From an uncultured Candidatus Saccharibacteria bacterium (GTDB lineage Bacteria > Patescibacteriota > Minisyncoccia > Phycocordibacterales > UBA2100): a stretch of DNA of 64,000 nucleotides. The stretch's first letter is position 1; every line of letters begins with the position of its first letter. The stretch lies in the NCBI GenBank assembly GCA_964512835.1, contig CAZELA010000002.1, forward strand, positions 105,037 to 169,036, given 5' to 3'. The position numbers and the translations under genes are program-made. Positions 28,157-37,327 of this stretch are shown piece after piece. Under the pieces are notes generated by a model. The model searched no databases and was not told the origin of the DNA. It was given only the letters and a program-made list of their open reading frames with translations.

Positions 28157-29596
28157 ATGCAACACTCGATACACGCACGGATCAAAGCGATATGCATCAC
28201 ACTGTGTGCCGCTGCGATCGTCGTGATTGCGTTTCGCGCATATGCTGCCGAAATATCCAATGTAAAGATCACCGACGTAAAGTCGGATTCCGCGACTGTA
28301 TCGTGGTCGACCGATAAAAAAACGGATGCGACCATCAATTTCGGTCTTGATGAGCGGTTCGGTACGGTCCGCGACAGTGCGTTTGATAAAAAAGACCATA
28401 CGCTCACCATCGACAGCCTCGAGCCTGCGACCACGTACCACTTCCGTGTCGTCTCGACGGACGAAGAGGGCAACAAAAGCACGACTGCCGGGTATGTGTT
28501 CACGACAAAAGACGATCAACAGAAGATCAAAGAGCGCATCATCAAGGACATCAAAAAGATCAAGGAGCCCGAAGCGATCCTTGAGATCAATGAACAGGTA
28601 AAGGAAACCGCCGGCGACATATTGAAACCGCCCACGATTCTCGGTCTCCCGCGTGTGACGGTGGATCAGACAAAGGCGACCATCGTATGGACGACCGACC
28701 GTGAATCAAGCTCCATGGTGTACCTATCGCCCGACAGTGACTACACCGGCTCGTCGAACGATTACACGATTGCGCAGGGTGATCCGAATGCGTCGGAATC
28801 CAAGCACACGGTCGAGGTCATCGGGCTCGAGCCGTCGACGCTGTATCACTTCAAAGTCGTCTCCGATGACTCAACAGGGCTTGCCGGTGAAAGCGAAGAC
28901 GACACGTTCAAGACCAAATCGATCCTGCCTTCGATCAGGAACGTAAAGGTAAACCGTATTCAGGAAAAATCCGCCGTCATTTCGTGGGACACCGGCGGTG
29001 TGCTTGCGCGCGGTATCGTGGAGTACACGAATACACGCACCAAGATCACGAAGGTCGCAGGTTCATCCGTCTTTGCTGCAAATCAGAATGTGCAGCTTGC
29101 CGATCTTGAATTCGGCACGCGTTACACCGCAGTCATCCGTACCACCAACCAGGACGGTGACAACGCCGAGAGCCAGCCGTTTCAGTTCATTACCATCCGC
29201 GACGTGATCCCGCCGGCGATTTCAAAGGTAAAGAACGAATCAACGCTCTTCCCGGGGGAAGACGTGAAAATCCAGACCATTATCGCGTGGGAGACCGATG
29301 AGCCTGCGACGTGCCAGGTGTTTTACTCTCAGGGACTTTCGACCGGAAACGGCGGAACGGGTGCAGAATTCGTGCCGAAAGAAACGAATCCGCTGACATC
29401 GCACACCTCGGTCATCGTCGGGTTTACGCCGGGCACCGTCTATCAATTCTGGGTAGTCTGTAACGATGAGGGTCAGAACGAAAGCCGTTCGGAAGACTTC
29501 GTGCTGATCACGCCGATCAAGGAAAAGTCGATCATCGACATCATTCTTCAGAACTTCCAGGGTACATTCGGCTGGGTCAACAACATCGGCAAATAG
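28157..29596 (+). CDS. Membrane-anchored protein with four fibronectin type III-like repeats (purple-acid-phosphatase-N-like FN3)
   Basis: N-terminal TM/signal (ICITLCAAAIVVIAF). Four repeats follow, of the form VK[IV]T....S.ATVSW.TD........G......GT.........H...I..LEPATTYHFRVVSTD..GN. Confidence 0.75.
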   Translation: MQHSIHARIKAICITLCAAAIVVIAFRAYAAEISNVKITDVKSDSATVSWSTDKKTDATINFGLDERFGTVRDSAFDKKDHTLTIDSLEPATTYHFRVVSTDEEGNKSTTAGYVFTTKDDQQKIKERIIKDIKKIKEPEAILEINEQVKETAGDILKPPTILGLPRVTVDQTKATIVWTTDRESSSMVYLSPDSDYTGSSNDYTIAQGDPNASESKHTVEVIGLEPSTLYHFKVVSDDSTGLAGESEDDTFKTKSILPSIRNVKVNRIQEKSAVISWDTGGVLARGIVEYTNTRTKITKVAGSSVFAANQNVQLADLEFGTRYTAVIRTTNQDGDNAESQPFQFITIRDVIPPAISKVKNESTLFPGEDVKIQTIIAWETDEPATCQVFYSQGLSTGNGGTGAEFVPKETNPLTSHTSVIVGFTPGTVYQFWVVCNDEGQNESRSEDFVLITPIKEKSIIDIILQNFQGTFGWVNNIGK

Positions 29597-29597
29597 T

Positions 29598-30944
29598 ATG
29601 GCAAAAACTTCCATTCGTACCGACAAGATGTTCATTACCTACAACAAGGGTAAATCGAACGAATTCAAGGCGCTGCAAGACGTGAACGTCGAGATCTATC
29701 CGCGCGAATACATCATTCTGTTCGGTCCGTCCGGCTGCGGAAAGTCGACACTTTTGTACACCATGCTCGGCGGTATTCCGCCGTCCGACGGTCACATGTT
29801 CGTGCAGAACGAAGACATTTATGCGTATACGCCCGAGGAGTTGAACCGCTATCAGCAGACGACGATCGGCATCGTGTATCAGCAGTTCAACCTGATTTCG
29901 TCGCTCTCCGTTATCGATAACGTCGCGCTACCCATGCTCTTTTTGGGCATACAACCTGCCGAACGACTGGCTCGTGCGGCGCAGCTATTGCGTCGATTCG
30001 GAGTGCCGGAGCGCGTCGAGAATAAACTTCCTGTGGAAATGTCCGGCGGTCAGCAGCAGCGTGTTGCCGTTGCGCGCGCACTCATCAACGACCCGGAAAT
30101 TCTGCTCGCCGACGAACCGGTGGGTAACCTGGACTCCATTTCCGCAGAGCACGTTATGGATTCGTTCCAAGAGATCAATGAGCGCGACCGCAAAACCGTG
30201 ATCCTCGTTACGCACGATGCGAAGTACCTTCCGTATGCGCACCGGGTGTTCTACATGCGCGACGGCAAACTACGCCGCATCGTCGTGAACCCGCAGAAAG
30301 AGCAGGTCAAACGAACGAAGCCCGGCGAGACCATCGTGACCGAGATCGAGCAGCTTGCACGCATGTATCCGTATGCGGAACCGGTGGAGTTGAAGGTGAA
30401 GAGTGTCGTGAACTTCGTTACGCAGTCGATCGGATTCAGCCAGGTGCAACGCCTCGAAGAAGCAATTCTGTATGTGCTGAAGGGCACCATGAACGAACAG
30501 ATGTTCTCGGAGTTTTTGGGGAAGCCGTTCCATCTGGGCGGCGTCGGTATTCCGCCCGAAGAAGTGGAGCCGATGGCAAGCAGGGTGTTCAACCTTATCC
30601 GCTATTCGATCGATGTGCAGCGATTCCGAAGCGAGACCCAGAGCGACAACATGTTTATGCACCAACAAAAGTTCGTTGAGCGACTGCTCACGTACCTGAA
30701 AGAAGAAGTCGGGTTTCAGTGTTCGCAGGAGCAGCTACGCACGCTCCGCGAAGCGGTTGCCGACCGCGTAGGCGGCATTACCGATGCCGAACAGTTCAGT
30801 GAAAGGCTTTTGTTGAACAACGAAATGGGCGGCGCAGGATTCGAGGAACGAATGGGATACAAAATAGCAGTGCACATGGAAAAACTTATCGCCCAAGGCG
30901 GGTACGTCATTCTCCCGAACGAACTGGAGGGAGGCCACACTTGA
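29598..30944 (+). CDS. ABC transporter ATP-binding protein (MacB/LolD/FtsE-type) with an atypical C-terminal extension of about 220 aa
   Basis: Walker A is GPSGCGKST, the Q-loop is VYQQFNL, the signature is MSGGQQQRVAVARAL, Walker B is ILLADEP and the H-loop is VTHD. The ABC domain ends near residue 230. A further domain of about 220 aa with no motif I recognise follows. Confidence 0.9.
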   Translation: MAKTSIRTDKMFITYNKGKSNEFKALQDVNVEIYPREYIILFGPSGCGKSTLLYTMLGGIPPSDGHMFVQNEDIYAYTPEELNRYQQTTIGIVYQQFNLISSLSVIDNVALPMLFLGIQPAERLARAAQLLRRFGVPERVENKLPVEMSGGQQQRVAVARALINDPEILLADEPVGNLDSISAEHVMDSFQEINERDRKTVILVTHDAKYLPYAHRVFYMRDGKLRRIVVNPQKEQVKRTKPGETIVTEIEQLARMYPYAEPVELKVKSVVNFVTQSIGFSQVQRLEEAILYVLKGTMNEQMFSEFLGKPFHLGGVGIPPEEVEPMASRVFNLIRYSIDVQRFRSETQSDNMFMHQQKFVERLLTYLKEEVGFQCSQEQLRTLREAVADRVGGITDAEQFSERLLLNNEMGGAGFEERMGYKIAVHMEKLIAQGGYVILPNELEGGHT

Positions 30945-30945
30945 T

Positions 30946-32154
30946 ATGCAGGTACGCGACATTGCATTGCTTTCGACCCGTATGTTCAAAACGAACCCGT
31001 CTCGTACGTGGCTTACGATTTTGGGCATGGGTGTGGGAACGGGTGCCGTTGTGGCGCTGGTGGGTTTGGGCTTCGGTCTCCAGAGCATCATCCTCGACAA
31101 GATCGTGCTCGGCGACTCGCTGCTCTCGCTCAACGTTTCGAACCCCGCATCAAAGATCGTCGTGCTCGACCTGCCGACGACCGAAGCGTTCGCTGCCATG
31201 GATACGGTCAAAGATGTTTCCGGCGTGGTTACGTTCCCGACGCTTGTTACGTATCAGGGTCTGACCGGTAACGCCAACATTCAGGGTCTCGCGCCGTCGT
31301 ACTTTTTGTATACCGGCGCACAGGCTGCGGCAGGGGATCTGTTTACGAATGAGGACGCAGAGACCGATCGCAATGCGGTCGTTATCAGTAGTGCCATGCT
31401 GAAGCTCTTCGGTGTCGAAGATCCCGAAGAGGTGCTCGGTAAAACGCTTACCTTTCGCGTATTTGTACCGAACGAAGGCAGTGAATCAACGACAGAAGTG
31501 CAGCTGCCCAAGCAGTACAAGATCAAGGGGGTAACGGCCGACACCGGCAACCTGTCCGCAGCGATCACGCTCGAGGAGTTTCAGTCCAATTTTAAGATTC
31601 CGTATTTCGATCGCGTACAGGTGCGTGTAATCGACACCAAATCACTGCCACTCGCCCAGGACGCCATCATTGCTAAGGGTTTTACCGTGACCGCACTCTC
31701 AAAAACAGTGGAACAGGCGAACAAGATCTTTCAGGGCATCCAGGTGATTCTCGCGGTGTTCGGCGGCATTGCGCTTACGGTATCCGCGATCGGTATGTTC
31801 AACACCATGACCGTTACGCTCCTCGAGCGTACGGCCGAGATCGGTGTTATGCGTACGATCGGCGCATCGTCAAAAGACATCGTTATCTTGTTCGTGGCAG
31901 AGGCCATTATCGTGGGTTTGTTGGGCGGTGTGGTGGGGATCCTCATCGGGGGAGGCATCGGCATGTTCTTCAACGGACTCCTCTCAGTGGCTGCAAGTAA
32001 ATTCGGGGGAGAATCGGTCAGTCTCTTCAAATACCCGGTCTGGTTCCTTATATTCATCTGCTCGTTCTCGGGCGGGGTAGGGTTCCTCACGGGGCTTTTT
32101 CCGGCTAGGCGTGCCGCAAAGATCAACCCGCTCGACGCGATCCGTTACAAATAG
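30946..32154 (+). CDS. ABC transporter permease, FtsX/MacB family (4 TM with a large extracytoplasmic domain between TM1 and TM2)
   Basis: TM1 is TWLTILGMGVGTGAVVALVGLGFGL. A soluble domain of about 230 aa follows, then three C-terminal TMs with the FtsX-like motif LERTAEIGVMRTIGAS..DI. Its start is 1 nt after the ATPase stop. Confidence 0.85.
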   Translation: MQVRDIALLSTRMFKTNPSRTWLTILGMGVGTGAVVALVGLGFGLQSIILDKIVLGDSLLSLNVSNPASKIVVLDLPTTEAFAAMDTVKDVSGVVTFPTLVTYQGLTGNANIQGLAPSYFLYTGAQAAAGDLFTNEDAETDRNAVVISSAMLKLFGVEDPEEVLGKTLTFRVFVPNEGSESTTEVQLPKQYKIKGVTADTGNLSAAITLEEFQSNFKIPYFDRVQVRVIDTKSLPLAQDAIIAKGFTVTALSKTVEQANKIFQGIQVILAVFGGIALTVSAIGMFNTMTVTLLERTAEIGVMRTIGASSKDIVILFVAEAIIVGLLGGVVGILIGGGIGMFFNGLLSVAASKFGGESVSLFKYPVWFLIFICSFSGGVGFLTGLFPARRAAKINPLDAIRYK

Positions 32155-32238
32155 CATTCAGTTAAGCCGTAAAATCGGTACTTATCCACATTGGAAACCC
32201 TCGTAAAGAGGGTACGGGTGCTACGATTCTTAGTAAGT

Positions 32239-34140
32239 ATGTCCGAAACGATGCATCGGAGGCTAGGCGTATTCCTCAAACGGACACGCACGACCGAGGG
32301 AAAGATCACGATTTTTACGTCGCTGGTCGGCTGTTTGGTCTTGGTATGCGTATTTACGATATTCCAGGTGAACGTGCCTGTGGCAAGCGCCGACGACGTG
32401 CAGACGTCTGTCACTGTGCTTAACACACCGCCCACATTTGATACCGATGTCGCTGAATCTCCGGCATCCGCTACGACAACGCCCACGAACGCTGGGGCGG
32501 TGTTGTCGTTCACGGTGCAGGCCACCGACTCGTCGGGAGACAACTACTACCTGCTAATCTGCAAGGTTGGAGGGACGGCAACGGGCAACTCGGGCGCTGC
32601 GCCCACATGCCCAGGCGGTATATCGAATCAGTGGGCGGTATCGGGCGCAACGGCGAGCGGTGCCGTAGCAACGGCCGCAACCACCACCAAGAACGATCTG
32701 CCGTTCAATAACGAGCGCAACGACTGGTTTGCGTACATTTGTGATAACAACGCGACGCTCGCGCGCTGCAACGCAACCGCAAACCGCGGAACACCCAATG
32801 CTGATAGCGCGTCTCCGTTCTTTATCAACCACATCCCGGTGTTTTACTCACTCTCCAACAACTCCCCACAAAACCCGGGCGGTACCGTAACCTGGACCAC
32901 CGGATCGTCGGACCCTGATTCGCTGGCCGGGGCGCAAAATATTACGTTATACGTGTGTAAGACGGCGGCATTTAACGGGTCGCAGTGCACAACGGGCGGT
33001 GCATGGGCAACGTCTACAGCGGTTACCTCGAATGCGGGTACATCAACACCTATTGCGATTCCGACCGCCGATCGCTTGTATAACGCCTATGTATACATCT
33101 CGGATCAATACGGACTCGCCGCAACGTCCTCGTTCCAAGGATCGAACTCGTTCTTTTCTGTAAGTAACCAAACGCCTTCGATAAGTGCGGCAGGCATCAG
33201 TCTGCTTGATACGGACAACGTTGGTAACCTTACGCTTACCGTACCGCAGGCGACATCCGGCCCGTTCAAGGTTCAGTTCGTGGTCGCGGACAACAACGGG
33301 TGTTTGAATGCATCATCTACAAGCGAAATTGTTTCCAATGTGATTTCGGTGTACCGATCAAGTGCAACATGCACATCCGGCTCTAACTACGATTCCAACA
33401 ACTGCTATGCATCGTCGTCGCCCTTGTTCACGCCGTTCTATTCGTGTGCCATTGATTCCGCGGTCAACGCCTGCAGTGGCGCAACGGACAGCGATGTCGG
33501 CGTGACATGCACGTTCTCGCTGTGGTACAACGCCGACGCAACAGACGGTGTTTCCTCTGCAACGTCTGTGTACTTTGCCGACAACTGGCTCGCTGCGGTG
33601 CGAGCAACCGATGACAACGCATCGTCGAGTCCGGTTACGGTCTCCTCGACCGGTAATGAGCTGACGAGCTTCCTCGCGTTCGATGTTTCTACAACGACTG
33701 TGGCATACGGCTCGTTGCAGCCGGGCGAAACAACAACGCCGATGATCGCCAACACCGACCTCAAGGCAGTCGGTAACGTGGGTCTCGATGAGGATCTCTA
33801 CGGTTCCACCATGTGCACCACCTGGGTGGGTGGAGGCGGCGGTTCGGCTCCGGATAACTGCGATGTCGGTGGTCCGAACGCAGGTACCAAGATCCCGGTA
33901 GGCCAGCAGCGCGTCGCAACATCATCTATCGCGTATTCATCGACCGATTCGTACACGCTTACCGCATCGACTTCGCCGGCATCGGTCCTGATCAACGTGC
34001 AAAAGACAACTGCTACGAGCTCGCCGCAAACCAAGAACACCTATTGGGGTATCGCGATCCCGACGACCATCACACTCGCCGGTAACTACTCGGGCCAAAA
34101 CACTATCGTCGGAAAGAAGAGCAGTCCTGCTAACTGGTAG
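32239..34140 (+). CDS. Secreted/anchored Thr/Ser-rich protein. Its C-terminal domain is paralogous to the giant protein's C-terminus (NWLAAVRATDD ... YWGIAIP).
   Basis: The start is trimmed to ATG 32239 (the track begins at 32191). A signal-anchor (IFTSLVGCLVLVCVFTIF) is followed by the mature N-terminus ADDVQTSVTVL. The C-terminal region of about 250 aa aligns by eye with the last 250 aa of the 6369-aa protein. Confidence 0.7.
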   Translation: MSETMHRRLGVFLKRTRTTEGKITIFTSLVGCLVLVCVFTIFQVNVPVASADDVQTSVTVLNTPPTFDTDVAESPASATTTPTNAGAVLSFTVQATDSSGDNYYLLICKVGGTATGNSGAAPTCPGGISNQWAVSGATASGAVATAATTTKNDLPFNNERNDWFAYICDNNATLARCNATANRGTPNADSASPFFINHIPVFYSLSNNSPQNPGGTVTWTTGSSDPDSLAGAQNITLYVCKTAAFNGSQCTTGGAWATSTAVTSNAGTSTPIAIPTADRLYNAYVYISDQYGLAATSSFQGSNSFFSVSNQTPSISAAGISLLDTDNVGNLTLTVPQATSGPFKVQFVVADNNGCLNASSTSEIVSNVISVYRSSATCTSGSNYDSNNCYASSSPLFTPFYSCAIDSAVNACSGATDSDVGVTCTFSLWYNADATDGVSSATSVYFADNWLAAVRATDDNASSSPVTVSSTGNELTSFLAFDVSTTTVAYGSLQPGETTTPMIANTDLKAVGNVGLDEDLYGSTMCTTWVGGGGGSAPDNCDVGGPNAGTKIPVGQQRVATSSIAYSSTDSYTLTASTSPASVLINVQKTTATSSPQTKNTYWGIAIPTTITLAGNYSGQNTIVGKKSSPANW

Positions 34141-34229
34141 GTACGCTGTTGCGCAAAAGGGGTTCAAAGTCGGGGAATATCCAGGTTTTACTGGACTTTT
34201 GAGGGCCTCACCGTGATACTATTGAGACC

Positions 34230-35228
34230 ATGATGTCACTGCCGTGGCGGCTGTTAGGACTGCGGTTTTTTGCCGCCCTACTCTTGATACTTGTCTTTTT
34301 TGGCGGGTTCAGGTTTGCCTCGGCCGGATTTGGTATCACGCCGCCGTACGTCCAGAATGAACGCCTCACGCGCGGAACGGTGTATGAACAGCGCATCACC
34401 ATTGTGCGCTCGGACCCGACCGTAGATCAAAAAGCGGAGATAAGTATGAACATCCCGGGTGTCGAATCCTGGTTCGTCGTTGACCGTGGCACATCGTTCC
34501 TGCTTCCAAAAGGTGAGACGCAGGTACCGATCGTGATCGCGGTGCATGTGCCGGCAGATGCAGAATACACACGGCACCAAGGAACCATCCGAATCCGCAC
34601 GTCGTCAGCGGAGGGTTCAGACGGTGGAGCCGGCGTGTCGATTGCACTCGGTGCGCAGATCGACGTTGATATTAAGGTCGTCGACAAGATCTACGATTTT
34701 GACGTGCGACGCATTCGCAGTGCGGACGTGGAAGAGAGTCGTCGCAGGTGGGGACTTGTGTTCCCGGCAAAGATTCGGTTTTTCATGACGATCGAGAACA
34801 CGGGTAATGCTGTGTACGGACCGACAAAAGTAAAATTTGATATCTACGACAGCGAGGTGGAGAAGCTATACGAGACGACATACAACACCAACAAGATCGA
34901 TCAGATCGATCCGTTCGCGATCAAGGAAGTGCTCGCGGAATTGCCGACGCGGTTACCAGTGGGGCGCTACACGGCTAAGTACACGATCTACAAGGGCGAA
35001 GAGATCGCGCAACAGAATCAGATAAATCTTTCGATTGCATCGCTCGGCGCCGTGCAGGGGTATACAGGCTACGGTTTTGACGGGCTCTCGACAAAGGACA
35101 AACTGAAAGTTGCCGGCGTTGTTTCGATACCTGTACTGCTTTTGCTGAGCCTGTTCATCGCACTTGGCGTGCGCCGCCGCAGACAGCGGGCCCGCCGTAA
35201 CGCATACCAAAACGCGGCTCGCCGCTAG
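34230..35228 (+). CDS. Surface protein with signal peptide, beta-rich ectodomain and a C-terminal TM anchor (DUF916/CscA-like architecture)
   Basis: Signal peptide (LLGLRFFAALLLILVFFGGFRFASA). The ectodomain carries the motifs WFVV, HVPADAEYTRHQGTIRI and VAGVVSIP. A TM (VLLLLSLFIALGV) follows, then a basic tail (RRRRQRARR). Same layout as 54768, 56114 and 58937. Confidence 0.7.
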   Translation: MMSLPWRLLGLRFFAALLLILVFFGGFRFASAGFGITPPYVQNERLTRGTVYEQRITIVRSDPTVDQKAEISMNIPGVESWFVVDRGTSFLLPKGETQVPIVIAVHVPADAEYTRHQGTIRIRTSSAEGSDGGAGVSIALGAQIDVDIKVVDKIYDFDVRRIRSADVEESRRRWGLVFPAKIRFFMTIENTGNAVYGPTKVKFDIYDSEVEKLYETTYNTNKIDQIDPFAIKEVLAELPTRLPVGRYTAKYTIYKGEEIAQQNQINLSIASLGAVQGYTGYGFDGLSTKDKLKVAGVVSIPVLLLLSLFIALGVRRRRQRARRNAYQNAARR

Positions 35229-35234
35229 CGCGGT

Positions 35235-36371
35235 ATGCATATGGTCGACAAACGTCTCGCGGTACCGGGCCTCATTGTCGTCGCGGCATTTTTGCTCGGC
35301 ATTATGATCCAGTTCGCGTTTGCCGCAGATGTACAGACGTCGCTCTCGATGCTCGTGTGCGGCGACGGTATAAACGGCGGCGGTGTTGAAGTGTGTGACG
35401 ACGGGATCAACCTCGGCGGTTACGGCTCCACGACTGCCGAGCGTAAATGCATGCCGGGCTGCACTGCATACGACAACTACTGCGGCGACGGTATTCTGCA
35501 GGCTCGGTTCGGTGAGCAGTGCGACGACGGAAACACGATAGCGACCGACTTGTGTTCACTGTCATGCCGCACACTTGCACCAGCCGGTTCCACGGTATCG
35601 GGCTCGCCGACCGTCGGCTCGACGCCGTTCATTCCCGGTGCACAAGCGGGCACTATCGCATCAGAAACACAGACGCGCGTCGTGCTGCGCGGCAAGGCCT
35701 ACCCGAACGCTGTGGTCAATGTGCTGCTCGACGGAAAAATAAAAGGTACCGCACTCGCGGATTCGAACGCCGACTTTCAGTTCATTTCGACCGAGATCAC
35801 GCCGGGTACCGCCACGTTCGGCTTCACGGCAAAGGATTCCAACGGAGTGGAATCGGTCACGACATCGGTCGTGTTCGATGTGGCGCAGAGCGCGGTATCC
35901 ACCGTCGCAAACGTATTCTTCCCGCCAACGATCCAGGTGAGCGAGCGCCAAGTGCCGAAAGGTGAGCCCCTGACGGTCTCCGGTTTTTCGGTGCCGAAAG
36001 CAAGTATTTCGAGCGAGATCGGCGGCGGCACAAAGACGACACTGAACGCAACTGCCGACGGGACGGGGGCATGGGCGCTGCGTGTTGATACCTCGTCACT
36101 GACCGACGGCATGCACACCGTAAAATCGTACTTCAAACTCGACACGAGCATTCAGTCCGGATTCGGTAAGTCGATATCGTTTAGTGTGGGAGAGGGAGCG
36201 TTTGCCGATACGGGCTCAGCGGATCTCAACGGCGACGGCAAAGTGAACCTCGTCGACTTCTCGATCTTTCTGTTGAAGTGGCAATCCGACGACATTCAGA
36301 GCGACTTCAACGCCGACGGCACGGTCAATCTGGGAGACTTTTCGATCATGTTGTTTAACTGGACCGGATAA
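35235..36371 (+). CDS. Secreted protein with Myxococcus-type cysteine-rich repeats, an Ig-like region and a C-terminal dockerin
   Basis: Signal peptide, then the mature N-terminus ADVQTSLSML. Two repeats have the form CGDG..N...E.CDDG.N / CGDGILQARFGEQCDDGNT...CS.SC. The C-terminal dockerin pair is DLNGDGKVNLVDFSIFLLKW....DFNADGTVNLGDFSIMLFNWTG. Confidence 0.75.
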   Translation: MHMVDKRLAVPGLIVVAAFLLGIMIQFAFAADVQTSLSMLVCGDGINGGGVEVCDDGINLGGYGSTTAERKCMPGCTAYDNYCGDGILQARFGEQCDDGNTIATDLCSLSCRTLAPAGSTVSGSPTVGSTPFIPGAQAGTIASETQTRVVLRGKAYPNAVVNVLLDGKIKGTALADSNADFQFISTEITPGTATFGFTAKDSNGVESVTTSVVFDVAQSAVSTVANVFFPPTIQVSERQVPKGEPLTVSGFSVPKASISSEIGGGTKTTLNATADGTGAWALRVDTSSLTDGMHTVKSYFKLDTSIQSGFGKSISFSVGEGAFADTGSADLNGDGKVNLVDFSIFLLKWQSDDIQSDFNADGTVNLGDFSIMLFNWTG

Positions 36372-36403
36372 ATATGACGCTAAAAAACCGCTATACTGCT
36401 CGT

Positions 36404-37327
36404 ATGAATCGCGTTTTGGTCGCCATCGCACTCGGCGCTGCGCTTGTTGTTCCCGCTCTTGTTGATGCGGCGACTATTTACGTAAACCCCACCGAGGGAA
36501 CATACGGCCTCTCCGACACATTCATCACCGACATTCGCCTCGACAATCAGAACGAATGTGTGAATGCTATCCACGTTGAAATCCGCTACCCGACCGAAAC
36601 ACTCCGAGCCGTCGATTTCAGTAAGGGCAATTCGATCCTCAGCCTGTGGATCGAAGAGCCGAAGATTGATACCGATAAAGGCACAATCTCGTTCTCCGGC
36701 GGCATCCCGGGAGGGTATTGCGGACGAATCCCGGGCGACCCCGTGCTCTCCAATGTGCTCGGCAAGATCGTCTTTAGTGTGGTCGGTGCCGAGCAAAAAA
36801 GCGCAACCGTTTCCGTCGAGGAAGGTTCTGCGGTATACAAGAACGACGGACAGGGCAGCCGTGCCGAGCTCACTCGTCAGAGCGGTATTTATTCAATCAA
36901 GCCGACGCCACTCTCCGCTACTAATCCGTGGCTCGCGCAAGTCGGAGACGACAAGACTCCGCCGGATGAATTCGTGATTACCGTTGAATCAACACGCGGG
37001 GTATTCGGCGGCGATTACTACGCGGTCTTTTCGACCGAGGACAAACAGAGCGGACTCGACCACTACGAGATCTTCGAGCGCGGCAGCTGGCGGCCCGTTA
37101 CGTCCCCGCATCAGCTGAAGGATCAGCACCTGCTCAATATTCAGATCAAAGCAATCGACAAAGCAGGTAATGAACGCATGGGTACATATGTGCAGGGCAG
37201 TGCGGCGCCGCGTGTTCCGGAAGAGAACGACTACTCGATCGCGATCGCAGTCGTCATCGGACTGCTCCTGCTTGGCGGGTACATGTGGTATCGCGACCGC
37301 AAGCGCAAGGCCTCCGCCGCAGCATGA
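36404..37327 (+). CDS. Cohesin-domain protein with a C-terminal TM anchor (cell-surface anchoring scaffold)
   Basis: The start is at ATG 36404 (MNRVLVAIALGAALVVPALVDA); the track begins at 36374. The cohesin-like region is ATIYVNPTEGTYGLSDTFITDIRL......IHVEIRYP.E.L.....S.GNSILSLW.......DKGTISFSGGIPGG. A C-terminal TM (IAIAVVIGLLLLGGYMWY) and a basic tail follow. Confidence 0.7.
   Translation: MNRVLVAIALGAALVVPALVDAATIYVNPTEGTYGLSDTFITDIRLDNQNECVNAIHVEIRYPTETLRAVDFSKGNSILSLWIEEPKIDTDKGTISFSGGIPGGYCGRIPGDPVLSNVLGKIVFSVVGAEQKSATVSVEEGSAVYKNDGQGSRAELTRQSGIYSIKPTPLSATNPWLAQVGDDKTPPDEFVITVESTRGVFGGDYYAVFSTEDKQSGLDHYEIFERGSWRPVTSPHQLKDQHLLNIQIKAIDKAGNERMGTYVQGSAAPRVPEENDYSIAIAVVIGLLLLGGYMWYRDRKRKASAAA

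Noticed and set aside
28157-29596. Purple acid phosphatase / metallophosphoesterase call for the FN3-repeat protein
   Set aside because: Only the N-terminal FN3-like modules are present, four times over. No metallophosphatase motifs (GDxHY, GNHE) follow, so it is a non-catalytic FN3 array.
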